Made by a program: the position numbers and the translations under genes. Below, piece by piece: positions 25,136 to 34,026 of a stretch of DNA of 35,181 nucleotides. The first letter of the stretch is position 1; every line of letters begins with the position of its first letter. Under the pieces are notes generated by a model that saw nothing but the letters and a program-made list of their open reading frames with translations, was not told the origin of the DNA and made no database searches. The DNA is from a virus (lineage: Duplodnaviria; Caudoviricetes): positions 1 to 35,181 of the IMG/VR virus record IMGVR_UViG_3300032097_000001; one strand, 5' to 3'.

Positions 25136-25443
25136 GGCGCCCCCAGGCCGATGGCCACGATGGCCGCCGCCATGATCAGGGCACGGCGCAGCATGCTGGC
25201 GGCGATCAGCAAGGCGGTGTTGGGGCCGGCGTCACCAATGGGCACCGATCCCGGGCGGGAGTAATGAAAAATGGAGCGGTCCACCCAGTAGCCCAGGAAG
25301 GCGCCCAGGGCCAGCTTGGCCATGGCCCACACCAGGAACACGGGCAGATCGGGGTTCCACCAGGTCACCAGGGCGAGCGCCGCAAGGGCGACCAACAACC
25401 AGGGACTGGCACGGAGAATGTCGAGTAAGCGTTTAGTATCCAT
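25132..25443 (-). CDS. Putative holin (2/3 TM)
   Basis: Three hydrophobic segments, LGYWVDRSIFHYSRP, MLRRALIM; directly upstream of the endolysin. Confidence 0.85.
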   Translation of the reverse strand: MDTKRLLDILRASPWLLVALAALALVTWWNPDLPVFLVWAMAKLALGAFLGYWVDRSIFHYSRPGSVPIGDAGPNTALLIAASMLRRALIMAAAIVAIGLGAP

Positions 25444-25450
25444 GCCCCGC

Positions 25451-25497
25451 AGACTACGGGGTCAAGATGCAGCGGTTCAGATGTTGGGCTTCAGCAG
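25451..25497 (-). promoter_or_regulatory. Activator-dependent late promoter (P_lys-like)
   Basis: Box CTGCTGAAGCCCAACATC, 23 bp, then TAGTCT, then 7 nt to the holin ATG. Confidence 0.7.
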
Positions 25498-25549
25498 CGG
25501 GCGCCGCCGGGAGGGATGCGCGCAGATTAGCGCGTCACACGGCCAGGGT

Positions 25550-25939
25550 CTATAGGAGGGATTGTTGCTTCTCGTCCACGGGCTCATCAGCGGCCGCCAG
25601 GATCGAATACACCTGGCGCTCGGTCAGCCGGTAGCGCAGAGCCAGCAGGGCCGGGCTGTCACCCTTGGCCCGCTCGCGCCGCATGCGGCAGTTGCGCACA
25701 GCCCGGAGGGCGTGCAGGCAGCGCGGCACCTGGATGCACTCGCCGCCGTAGCACTTGGCCAGCTCGTCGGACTCGTCACGGCCCAGGGTGGACACCAGGA
25801 GGTGATCCTCCGGCATCTGCTGGGGCACGTACAAACGAATGCCGCCCCATGCCTCCACAAGGCGCAGGGCGGCTTCTACGCCTACCACTTCCACAATTTC
25901 CGCCGCGCTCTGCGGCAGTTGGTCGATGTCAATCTCCAC
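25550..25939 (-). CDS. mor: Mor/C-family transcription activator
   Basis: LVEAWGGIRLYVP, YGGECIQVPRC, LALRYRLTERQVYSIL; precedes the lysis operon. Confidence 0.9.
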   Translation of the reverse strand: MEIDIDQLPQSAAEIVEVVGVEAALRLVEAWGGIRLYVPQQMPEDHLLVSTLGRDESDELAKCYGGECIQVPRCLHALRAVRNCRMRRERAKGDSPALLALRYRLTERQVYSILAAADEPVDEKQQSLL

Positions 25940-26336
25940 GACTTCCCCCCAGGTTCAAACCCTTCATCATTTCCCACAGCTTGGCCAGTTGTGCCTCGGC
26001 CTTAGCCTTCTGCTCGGGCGTCTGCGGTGGCGGCGGCAGCGGCTTGCGCTGGGGCCGGCCCGGCAGGTGTGTCATCAGTTCGCGCGGTGCAGGCCAGCGT
26101 GTCACCCGCTGGGTCAGGGCACGGAACGCCTGGCGCAGCCGGGCGGTGTCCAGCTCCTCGTCCCAGGCGATGTTGCTGTACCACAGGGCCTCGACCCACA
26201 CCATCTCCACGCCGTCCAGGGTGTCGGCGGCCGGTGCGCTATCCAGGCGCAGCACGTACAGCTTGGCGATGCCCTCGGCCACCACTTCCTCGAACCAGTC
26301 CGCCGGCGGCGGTGTCTGTTTTTTCTGCTCAGCCAC
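25929..26336 (-). CDS. Hypothetical protein
   Basis: Coupled ORF in the early/middle operon (AFRALTQRVTRWPAPRELM). Confidence 0.75.
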   Translation of the reverse strand: MAEQKKQTPPPADWFEEVVAEGIAKLYVLRLDSAPAADTLDGVEMVWVEALWYSNIAWDEELDTARLRQAFRALTQRVTRWPAPRELMTHLPGRPQRKPLPPPPQTPEQKAKAEAQLAKLWEMMKGLNLGGSRGD

Positions 26337-26805
26337 GACGGTCCCTCATGAGTCGGTTTACCGCTTGCCGGGTCTTGCTCTCGGGCACCGCGTTGGCGGC
26401 CGGGCTCAGACTCCGGTCGGCGTGCTCGATGCGGGCCACCGGCGCGACCTTCGGGCGAGCGCCCACGCTCTCCAGCACCCGCTTGAAATAGTTGTGATTC
26501 TTCAGCGGCCGGGCATCTTCGCCCGCGTCACGCTTGGCGCGGATGGCCTCCACGGTTTCGGACAGGGCCGCGCCCACCAGCTGGGTGTCGCCGCTCATGG
26601 CCAGCACCTCACGGGCCAGGCGCAGCTGGCGCTCGTAGGCGGTGGCGCGTGTCTTGCCCCGGAACAGGCCGATGTAGGCGGCCAGCGGGCGGGAGGTCTC
26701 GCGGGGCAGATCCGCGATGATCCCCATCAGCTCGCGCAGGGCCTCGTCCTCGGCCACCTGCTCCAGGGTGAACGTGCTATGACAACTCGGGCAGCGAACG
26801 TCCAT
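26329..26805 (-). CDS. Hypothetical protein with N-terminal zinc-ribbon-like CxxC
   Basis: MDVRCPSCH, YIGLFR, PLKNHNYFKRVL. Confidence 0.78.
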   Translation of the reverse strand: MDVRCPSCHSTFTLEQVAEDEALRELMGIIADLPRETSRPLAAYIGLFRGKTRATAYERQLRLAREVLAMSGDTQLVGAALSETVEAIRAKRDAGEDARPLKNHNYFKRVLESVGARPKVAPVARIEHADRSLSPAANAVPESKTRQAVNRLMRDRRG

Positions 26806-26814
26806 AAAGTGCCT

Positions 26815-27414
26815 TTAACCTTCGTTTGAATCGGGTGTATCGGGCGTTTCCGCCAGCGGTGCAAGCAGCTCGATCAGCGACCGCAGGCTCGCCCGGTGGC
26901 GGGTCCAGTTGCGGCGCAGGGTGTACTGCTCGGTCAGCTGCTCGCGGGTCATACCCGCGCGCTCCAGGATGTCGTCCAGGGTGGCCAGCAGGCCGCGCTT
27001 TTCCTGCTCCACGTGCAGGGCACCCACTACGCCGGTCAGGTCGCCCGCCTTGCGCAGCCAGGCCACACGCTCGACGCCGGCCTGCTGCTTGGCGATCGCG
27101 TCGGCGTAGGACCAGGGCAGGCCCATGTCGGTCAGCTGCGCCTCGATCTTCTGCAGCATCTGCTCGCGGTCGATGTTGTGGGGCGTGCCGGGATACTGGG
27201 CCACACGCTTGCGCGGGCGCTTCTCCCAGCCCACGCGGCGCAGGTGGTCCAGCACCTTGCGGCTGCCGTCGGCGTCCAGGTCCTTGGCGGAATCGACCCC
27301 GGCCACCTCGCGCAGCATCAGGCGGTACCCGTCCTCGTCCAGGCCTAGGTCGCGGCGGGCCGCATGGATGGCGGCCAGTTGCTTGCGGCGGCGGATCTCG
27401 GCGGTGGTGCTCAT
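26815..27414 (-). CDS. gemA: GemA / Mu gp16 family protein (DUF1018)
   Basis: LAAIHAARRDLGLDEDGYRLML...SAKDL, KIEAQL...WSYADAIAK. ATG at 27414. Confidence 0.9.
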   Translation of the reverse strand: MSTTAEIRRRKQLAAIHAARRDLGLDEDGYRLMLREVAGVDSAKDLDADGSRKVLDHLRRVGWEKRPRKRVAQYPGTPHNIDREQMLQKIEAQLTDMGLPWSYADAIAKQQAGVERVAWLRKAGDLTGVVGALHVEQEKRGLLATLDDILERAGMTREQLTEQYTLRRNWTRHRASLRSLIELLAPLAETPDTPDSNEG

Positions 27415-27845
27415 TGGGCACCCCCTTGCACGGCCCTGCACCAGCCGCCGCAGGGCCGGCCCTTCTGGCCCTCCGCATGGCAGACGAACAGGGCGCGGGA
27501 TTTCACGGCGGCGGAGAAGTCGCGGCGGGTGTGCAGGCTCACCGATGCCTCGCTACCCTTCTGCGCAGCGCAGCCGCTACACATGGGCACAGCCTTGCGG
27601 GTCGCCTGGCGTAAGCGCTGACGGCTCAGGCGCTCCATCTTCCGGGGCTGGTAGCTCAGGCAGGTGACGCCAGCGCCCGGATCAGTGACCCAGCCGCCCT
27701 CCGGCCACGCTCCGCCAGCCTTCATCTCGATCATGCCCTCGACCACCTGGCAGCCGGCGGCGTGGACGCAATGCCCGCACAGCATTTCCCACACCTCCGG
27801 CCACTCCTCGGCGGTCGGCTTATAGGGCTCCCGGTGCATGGTCAT
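27411..27845 (-). CDS. Cysteine-rich hypothetical protein (putative double Zn-binding)
   Basis: CGHC..C..C and CSGC..FVCH..CGGWC; ATGA overlaps at both ends. Confidence 0.72.
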   Translation of the reverse strand: MTMHREPYKPTAEEWPEVWEMLCGHCVHAAGCQVVEGMIEMKAGGAWPEGGWVTDPGAGVTCLSYQPRKMERLSRQRLRQATRKAVPMCSGCAAQKGSEASVSLHTRRDFSAAVKSRALFVCHAEGQKGRPCGGWCRAVQGGAQ

Positions 27846-28246
27846 GACTGGCCCTCGCTTGTCTTCAATTCCAGATCCGGGAAGTGCTTCTTTAGGTGGG
27901 CGACGGCTGCACCCTCGGTCCCGAAATCCGGGACCACACCAATCACCCGGGGCGTCACCATGCGGTCAGCTTCTTTTTTGCCAAATGCCCGCTTGGCTCT
28001 CGCATAGACCTTTTTGGGGTAGGCCGCCCGTTTCATTGGTCGCCAGAAGCGGCCCTCGGGGTGCACCGGCTTACCGTCCTCGGTCTTTGTCCACTCGCCC
28101 TTCACAAGGCCGCCGACATAGACACGAACAAAGATCTGCTTTCCGTTGTGCACCTTGGTCAGCGCCAGCTCGTGGCCATCGGCCAGCAGCTCAACGGACC
28201 CGCCCAGGTGCTTTAAGCGCTCTTTGATCTCTCCCCACTTATCCAT
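27842..28246 (-). CDS. Hypothetical basic protein
   Basis: 134-aa ORF overlapping both neighbours in the operon; ggagg RBS. Confidence 0.75.
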   Translation of the reverse strand: MDKWGEIKERLKHLGGSVELLADGHELALTKVHNGKQIFVRVYVGGLVKGEWTKTEDGKPVHPEGRFWRPMKRAAYPKKVYARAKRAFGKKEADRMVTPRVIGVVPDFGTEGAAVAHLKKHFPDLELKTSEGQS

Positions 28247-28664
28247 GCCGGGCCTCCTTCTCCAGCTTGCGCATACGGCTGCTCAGCTTCTTCTCCACGG
28301 TCTTCTGCAGGTTCGGCACTGTCAGGCCGGCCCGGCACTGATCCAGATCGAAGTACTCCACCATCATCAGGCGGCCGGCCACGTCCACCGTGCCCACGCC
28401 GTCGGCGTTGGCGAAGGGGTTGGAGACCGCGTCTTCCTCGGCCTCGATCTCCTTTTCCACCGCCTCGATGGCGCGCATGTAGCGGTCGGCATCTGGGCTG
28501 CGCAGCACAACCAGGCCGCCCACCGTGCGCTCGTCGCGGTCGCGCACCGTCAGGGCGATCTGGCCGGCGCCGATCTCGTCCATGTCCTTCAGAATGTCCC
28601 CCACCGGCGTGGTGGCCACGCCGTCCAGGGTCAGGTACTTGGTAAATACGTTCATGGGCCACAT
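28239..28664 (-). CDS. Hypothetical protein
   Basis: 141-aa ORF with gaggag RBS and phage-typical codons; start could be 28655. Confidence 0.72.
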   Translation of the reverse strand: MWPMNVFTKYLTLDGVATTPVGDILKDMDEIGAGQIALTVRDRDERTVGGLVVLRSPDADRYMRAIEAVEKEIEAEEDAVSNPFANADGVGTVDVAGRLMMVEYFDLDQCRAGLTVPNLQKTVEKKLSSRMRKLEKEARHG

Positions 28665-28668
28665 CTCC

Positions 28669-29307
28669 TCAGACTGCCGCCAGGTCCAGCGTCACGGATT
28701 GGTACTGGTCGGACTCGCCCACCCGCTTGTAAATACGGATATAAACCGCCGTGCCGGCGCTCTGAATGGAGTCCTTCAGGGCCTGCATGGCGCGCTGCCA
28801 GCCGTCGTCGTCGATCTCCAGGCGCAGCAGCTCCAGGATGGCCGTGGTCTTGATCTGGCCTTTGCTGTCGGTGCGGAAGGCCCGGTCCACCAGGGCGCGG
28901 ATGTTGACGTTGGCGCCTTCACTCCAGCGCATGATGCAGTCGTTGATCAGTTCCTTGGCGGCCTCCAGCTCCTCGGTGAAGGTCACCCGCTCGGCATAGC
29001 TGCGCATGACCTTGTACTGGCCGTCGTAGGTGGCGGCGGTTACGTTGCCTTTCTTACCCCCCAGCTGCACGTCGTAGCGCTCGGCGGCAATGCTCACCAG
29101 GTCGGCGATGTCGCCCAGGGCCTTGGCCTTGAACGCCTTGAGGCGGGCGTGCAGCTCCTCGGCTTCCTGGGCCAGCTCGCGGGCCACTTCGTCGCGCAGC
29201 TTGTCGTGGTCGCGCACCTGTTCCTCGGGCACCAGGTGGCCGGAGGCGTTGCGCATGTACCCCTCGGGGATGGTCGGCTTGGTTTCGGTTGCTTCGGTCA
29301 CAGTCAT
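28669..29307 (-). CDS. DUF3164-family protein (Mu-like early gene)
   Basis: IPEGYMRNASGHLVP, GGKKGNVT..YDG, AAKELINDC..WS, LVDRAF, WQRAMQALKDS, LDLAAV. Confidence 0.9.
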   Translation of the reverse strand: MTVTEATETKPTIPEGYMRNASGHLVPEEQVRDHDKLRDEVARELAQEAEELHARLKAFKAKALGDIADLVSIAAERYDVQLGGKKGNVTAATYDGQYKVMRSYAERVTFTEELEAAKELINDCIMRWSEGANVNIRALVDRAFRTDSKGQIKTTAILELLRLEIDDDGWQRAMQALKDSIQSAGTAVYIRIYKRVGESDQYQSVTLDLAAV

Positions 29308-29328
29308 TCTCCTGTCAGTGGTAAAGGT

Positions 29329-29678
29329 TCAGCAGACCAGGCGCGCCAGACTCGGGCGCGCATGGCCAATGGTCAGGGTCTTGCAGCTCGGGCACTCGCC
29401 AGCCACCAGGCGGTGACTGACCAGGCCGCACCATTCACAGGGGCCAACCTCGACCGGGCGGTACACGGGATTACGATCGGCGCCGCGCGCCACCTGGGTG
29501 ATACGCCCCTGCAGGACCAGCTCGCACACCGCCCGCTGCACCGCGTGGTGCGGCTTGCCCAGGGCGTCCGCGATGGCGCGGCTACCCTGCGGATGGCGGT
29601 TGACGGTCAGGTGGTCCAGGATCTCGCCGCGCAATGGCTCTCCAGCTCGTTGATGGTCTTGTCCAGTTGCACGCCCAT
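29329..29678 (-). CDS. Winged-HTH plus Zn-ribbon protein; possibly frameshifted near 29636 or starting at TTG 29634
   Basis: HTH-like SRAIADALGKPHHAVQRAVCELVLQG and CEWC...CPSC. The coupled ATG at 29678 is 1 nt out of frame with the main ORF. Confidence 0.6.
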
Positions 29679-29989
29679 CACTTGGCCCTCCGTGCGAACA
29701 TGGCCAGCGGGCTGCGCTTGGGGTGGCGGTGGTGGTGCAGCACCTCGACCACCGCGCCGTTGCGCCGGGGCAGGTGCGCCACTTCCGCCTCGACCCGGGC
29801 GGCCTCCGCGTCCAGGCGCTCCTGGACCGTGCGCTGCTCGGGCAGCAGCGGGAACGGCTCCAGGGCCAGGTGCTCGTACCGGGCCGGATCGGCCAGGTAC
29901 TGGTCCAGCGTGATGCCGTGCCCCTTCAGGTGCAGCGCCACGTAACGGTCGGCGTAGTGTTCCAGGTACTCGTCGCTGTAGGTCTTCAT
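29678..29989 (-). CDS. Hypothetical protein
   Basis: 103 aa, ATGA-coupled to MuB. Confidence 0.75.
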   Translation of the reverse strand: MKTYSDEYLEHYADRYVALHLKGHGITLDQYLADPARYEHLALEPFPLLPEQRTVQERLDAEAARVEAEVAHLPRRNGAVVEVLHHHRHPKRSPLAMFARRAK

Positions 29990-30951
29990 GCTTCACCCCC
30001 AAGGTCCTGCCAGGCGTCGCGGATGTGATCCACGCCCGGGCGGTTGGTGCCGCTCGCGGCGGCGAACATGCTGGCCAGGCGCAGGGTCTGCGACAGGCCG
30101 CGAAGGGCACCCGGCCGGCGGCCGATACCCAGGCAAAGTTGGCGGGCGTCCTTGTCGTTGATGCCCCAGGCTTCCAGCAGGGCGGTCACGTCGGCGTCCT
30201 TGGCGCGGGACAGGCGCACCCGCTTGGCCACACGGCTGAACAGCTGGGCGAAGCCCACGGAGCGGCTGCCGCCGGTCAGCTGGCTGTACACGATCTCGTT
30301 ACCCACCAGGGCCAGGCCGATGCCGGCGGCGTCATGGATGGAGCGCACGGCGTCCAGTGCGCGGTGGGTCAGGTGCTGGGCCTCGTCGATTACCAGCAGG
30401 CCGCGCGTCTCGCGTACCCGCTCGATGATGTTGGCCTCGACCACGTGCACCGCGCCGGTGGAACGGATGCCCAGGGTCTGCGCGATGCGGGTCAGAATCG
30501 GCCCCGGTGCGGACACGGCCGGGGTGGCGGTGACCACCCACACGTTGGGGGCCTGGCGCTTATAGCGGGCGATAGTGGTGGTCTTGCCGACGCCGGCGCC
30601 GCCATACACCACCGACACCGCCTCGGCCATCTGGCTGAACGACAGCGCGGACAGCACGGCGCGGGCGGTCGGGGTCTCCACCCACTCAGGGCCGGCGGGC
30701 ATCTGGCCTTCCAGGGCGGTGGCGGTCTGGCGGCTCTCCAGCCAGCGCCGGATGCTCTCCTCGACGGCGGCCACGTTGCCCTTGTAAACGCCGTTTAACC
30801 ACTGGCTTAACCGGGCTTTACCCACGCCGGTCAGTTGCGACAGGGCGGTCTGCGACAGTGCCTCGGCCTCCATGATCTGGCGGACCTCGGCGATCAGCGC
30901 GTCGTCGTGCTTGTTGGGTGCTTTGCTGAACTGGGTTACGTTGTCGGTCAT
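29986..30951 (-). CDS. MuB: Transposition protein B (AAA+ ATPase, target capture)
   Basis: N-terminal HTH, Walker A GGAGVGKTT, Walker B LLVIDEAQHL, LALVGN, FAQLFSR, PGALR. Confidence 0.95.
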   Translation of the reverse strand: MTDNVTQFSKAPNKHDDALIAEVRQIMEAEALSQTALSQLTGVGKARLSQWLNGVYKGNVAAVEESIRRWLESRQTATALEGQMPAGPEWVETPTARAVLSALSFSQMAEAVSVVYGGAGVGKTTTIARYKRQAPNVWVVTATPAVSAPGPILTRIAQTLGIRSTGAVHVVEANIIERVRETRGLLVIDEAQHLTHRALDAVRSIHDAAGIGLALVGNEIVYSQLTGGSRSVGFAQLFSRVAKRVRLSRAKDADVTALLEAWGINDKDARQLCLGIGRRPGALRGLSQTLRLASMFAAASGTNRPGVDHIRDAWQDLGGEA

Positions 30952-31033
30952 CTGATATACTCCACTCGCTTTTTGATGGGCCGTTCGGCCCGTTGCCTTG
31001 GCCCTGCGGAGCGCTCACTCCCAGGGCCACCTT

Positions 31034-33013
31034 TTAAATCTGCTTTTTCTTCCAGTTGTCCATCTGCCCCAGGATGAAGTCGTCGAAGCTGTGCCGATCG
31101 GCCGGGCTCTGCTCGTCGTCTTCTGCCGGGTTCACGTCACTACCGGCCACCCGCTTGCGCTCGCCGAAGCTGCCGCGCACGACCTCTGTCTGTACCGGGG
31201 CGGTATCTTCGGGCTCGGGATCAGGCAGGTAGTCCAGGGTTTCCACTTCGGACATGCGCTTCTCGGCAGCGGCCTGGGCCTTGGCGGCCTTGGCGCGCTG
31301 GGTGCGATTGCGTGCCCACTCACGGGCAGCGCTGGAATCACCGAAGCCAACCGCGAACTGACAGGCGGCCTCGCCGATGTAGCGGCCGTCAATCTGGTAG
31401 ACGTGCACCGACTCGTGCAGCGCGTCAGGATCGAAGCGCACCACCACCTTGCGGCCGATGTGATCAATCAGGGCATCACTGCCATAGCGGTTCTTGCCGT
31501 TGGCACCGCTGCCGACCTTCAGGGCGATGCTGCTGTCGCGCTGCACCGTCACCGCCTCGGCGGCCATCAGCCACATACGGCGCTGGGCATTGGTTGGGCG
31601 GCGGATGCGGTCAGCGTTGCGCTGGTAGCTCTCGTCGAACGCCTGGTTAAAGCTCATCCGGCCGTCGCAGATCTCGGTGTCGCGGTTGGCCATCTCATTC
31701 CACATGCGGATGGCATCGGCCAGCACCTTGCAGAACTCGTCAAAGTTGATCGCCTTCTCGCCGTAGTTCTCCGGCTTGGCCATCGGGTTCGGGCCAGTGC
31801 TAGCGCCTCGGAACTCCCAGCGCTTGTCCACGTATTCGCCCAGGCCGCCCACGCCGAACGCACGCTCGACCGGCTTGGCCTGGCCGTGACCCTTACCCTT
31901 GAACACGCTGGTCCAGTGCACCTGCATGCCCAGCTGCGGCATCAGGCCGATCGGGTCTTCTTCCTTGATCTTGAAGCGGTAGCGGTTCTTGACCCCGCCG
32001 GTCATCCACTTGTTAGCGGCGGCGCGGGTGTTGTCGATGGTCACGTGCTCGGGAATGCCGAAGCGCTCCAGCACGTCGCCCAGGGCCAGGCGGATCATGT
32101 CGGTGTGCTCGGTGCGATCGGTGCGAAAACCGATGATCCGGCGGCTGTACACGTCCTGCCAGAACCAGGTCTTTGGCCGGTCGATGGTGCCGTCCGGGAA
32201 GCGCACGAACACGTTGTGTTTGTAGCCGTCACCGTTGATCCAGAACAGCGCGTGCAGGTCGCGCACCGTGCGCTGCTGGGAGGGGTACAGACGCATCAGC
32301 GCCTCCTCGCCTTCACGCATCAGCACGCGGGTGGTGGTGGGTATGTCGCTGGCCCAGCGGGTAAAGGTGCGCTTGGCCGGCACTGTCCAGCCGTGCTTCT
32401 TGGCGGCCTCCTGGGTCCAGATGTAGCAAGCGGCAATGCTCGGAGCCTCCGGGCGTAGGTACTGCGCCTTGAAGTATTCCCACGCCTCCGGGCTGCAATC
32501 GGCCTTGCTGGTGCGGCCCATGTAGCCGGGCACCAGGGCAGCCAGCCAGTCGGTCCGGTCCACGCCCTTCACCGACTTCTGCCAGCGGTAGATGGTGGCG
32601 CGACTTTCTCCGAACGCCTTGGCGATCTGTTCCACTGCGTTGGACCGGCCCTGCCCCTCGGCGACCAGGCGGTCCACGGCCTGCAACGCCTGCAGCCTGC
32701 GGGCGGCTTCGTCCTTCATGCCCTGGGGGCGGCGCTCGTAGGATGCCCACAGGCTCTCCCGATCCACCACGCCACGGCTGGCGGCCGGGCGGCTCACCTT
32801 CGGGGCCTTGGGCTCGGGCGCCTTGTCCTTCAGAAGGGCGGCCTGGGTCTCCACCGGCAGCGAGGCGAAGGCGTACTCGCGCCCGCCGCCACGGCCGGAG
32901 CGCTTGCGGCTCTCCCAGTTGTCGCGTTTGGCGCGCATATGAACGCCCTGCACAGTGCTCGGCATGCCAGGCTGCCCGGCCAGTTCTTTGGGGGTGTACC
33001 AGTCCAGACTCAT
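31034..33013 (-). CDS. MuA: Mu-type DDE transposase A
   Basis: N-terminal Mu DNA-binding domain (ELAGQPGMP...GGGREY..SLP), catalytic INGDGY / IDNTRAA / KPVERAF, C-terminal VVVRFDPDALH. Confidence 0.96.
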   Translation of the reverse strand: MSLDWYTPKELAGQPGMPSTVQGVHMRAKRDNWESRKRSGRGGGREYAFASLPVETQAALLKDKAPEPKAPKVSRPAASRGVVDRESLWASYERRPQGMKDEAARRLQALQAVDRLVAEGQGRSNAVEQIAKAFGESRATIYRWQKSVKGVDRTDWLAALVPGYMGRTSKADCSPEAWEYFKAQYLRPEAPSIAACYIWTQEAAKKHGWTVPAKRTFTRWASDIPTTTRVLMREGEEALMRLYPSQQRTVRDLHALFWINGDGYKHNVFVRFPDGTIDRPKTWFWQDVYSRRIIGFRTDRTEHTDMIRLALGDVLERFGIPEHVTIDNTRAAANKWMTGGVKNRYRFKIKEEDPIGLMPQLGMQVHWTSVFKGKGHGQAKPVERAFGVGGLGEYVDKRWEFRGASTGPNPMAKPENYGEKAINFDEFCKVLADAIRMWNEMANRDTEICDGRMSFNQAFDESYQRNADRIRRPTNAQRRMWLMAAEAVTVQRDSSIALKVGSGANGKNRYGSDALIDHIGRKVVVRFDPDALHESVHVYQIDGRYIGEAACQFAVGFGDSSAAREWARNRTQRAKAAKAQAAAEKRMSEVETLDYLPDPEPEDTAPVQTEVVRGSFGERKRVAGSDVNPAEDDEQSPADRHSFDDFILGQMDNWKKKQI

Positions 33014-33072
33014 GACCGGGCCTCCACGCCGGCGCGCTGCCGACTGGGGTGGGTGTCGTTACGTGCTGTCAT
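33010..33072 (-). CDS. Possible 20-aa translational coupling peptide
   Basis: MTARNDTHPSRQRAGVEARS with ATGA overlaps to both the upstream gene stop and the transposase start. Confidence 0.4.
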   Translation of the reverse strand: MTARNDTHPSRQRAGVEARS

Positions 33073-33551
33073 TCAGCGTCTCCTCCGAACAGCGCCAGCT
33101 CCGGGGCGTCGTGCTTGCGCACGTTCTCCCGGTGGCCGGCCAGTTGTTGCATCGCACGGGTAACCCCGTGCAGCACATCCGCCGCCTCGGCCTCGCCGCG
33201 ATAGAAGCGGGTCAGCAGCGACACGGCGTCGTTAAGCTGGTTCTGCAGGTCCAGCAGCTCGTCCTGGCTACCGGCGCGTCCGGCGGGGATGTCGATCACC
33301 AGCTTCTGCGCGCTGGTGGCGATGTAATGCGTGATGAACGTGGCGTCGCAGGCGAACTCGAACGGGCGGATGCGCTTGGACGGAATGGAGCCGTCGGTCA
33401 TCCACTTGTAAATGGTCCACTCGGACGTACCGATCAGCTCGGCCACCCGCGCCACGCTGCGGTTGTGTTTGTGCAGCGCGTAGTCCAGGCACAGCCGGAT
33501 CGCGTGCTGCATGCTGGCGGGCTGAACTGGTTTCCAGCGCTTGCGTGTCAT
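33069..33551 (-). CDS. HTH-containing early protein of unknown function
   Basis: ATG at 33551; SVARVAELIGTSEWTIYKWM HTH-like segment; between ner and A. Confidence 0.78.
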   Translation of the reverse strand: MTRKRWKPVQPASMQHAIRLCLDYALHKHNRSVARVAELIGTSEWTIYKWMTDGSIPSKRIRPFEFACDATFITHYIATSAQKLVIDIPAGRAGSQDELLDLQNQLNDAVSLLTRFYRGEAEAADVLHGVTRAMQQLAGHRENVRKHDAPELALFGGDAE

Positions 33552-33657
33552 TTGTACCCCCTCGTCCAGACAGCACTCCAAACGCCGTTTCGCTCTGCAT
33601 CTAGGCGGGCACCAAGGTGCCGACTAGGCTGATCACAAAACAGCAACGGAGTCAGAA

Positions 33658-33954
33658 TCATGCGGCCTTCCTTTCCGCCGAATCCCGATGCCCTTTGCGG
33701 TCACGGGTGGTATTCTTGTCCTGGTAACGACTCGGCCAGATTTCGGCCGGGTCGATGCCGATCGCCTCCGCGATTAGGCGCTCGCCTTTCGGCCACGGCC
33801 GGGCCAGCGCATTCGTGAGCGTGGTCGGTGCGGCATAGCCGTGATGCGTCGCCAGGCGGCGCAGGCTCCAGCCGGCCTTTCTTAGCGCCGCGACAATGTC
33901 CGCGCGGTGCCAATCTTGAGGGCCGGCTTTTTTGGGGTTGCTGCGTTTAGCCAT
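33658..33954 (-). CDS. ner: Ner/Nlp-family transcription regulator
   Basis: DWHRADIVAALRKAGWSLRRLA...ALARPWPKGERLIAEAIG..PAEIWPSRY. Start at 33954 or 33990. Confidence 0.95.
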   Translation of the reverse strand: MAKRSNPKKAGPQDWHRADIVAALRKAGWSLRRLATHHGYAAPTTLTNALARPWPKGERLIAEAIGIDPAEIWPSRYQDKNTTRDRKGHRDSAERKAA

Positions 33955-33996
33955 GTAGCAAGGTCTCTTGTGGGTTGCGTGTTGTGTCATGGCGAC

Positions 33997-34026
33997 AATG
34001 TAGCTCTATAGCGCTAGGCGAGTCAA
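33997..34026 (-). promoter_or_regulatory. Early promoter Pe (sigma70-like)
   Basis: TTGACT (34026-34021), 18 bp, TACATT (34002-33997), upstream of ner. Confidence 0.72.

Noticed and set aside
28669-29307. Gam (host-nuclease inhibitor) call
   Set aside because: The motifs fit DUF3164 better. I could not support a Gam assignment from sequence.
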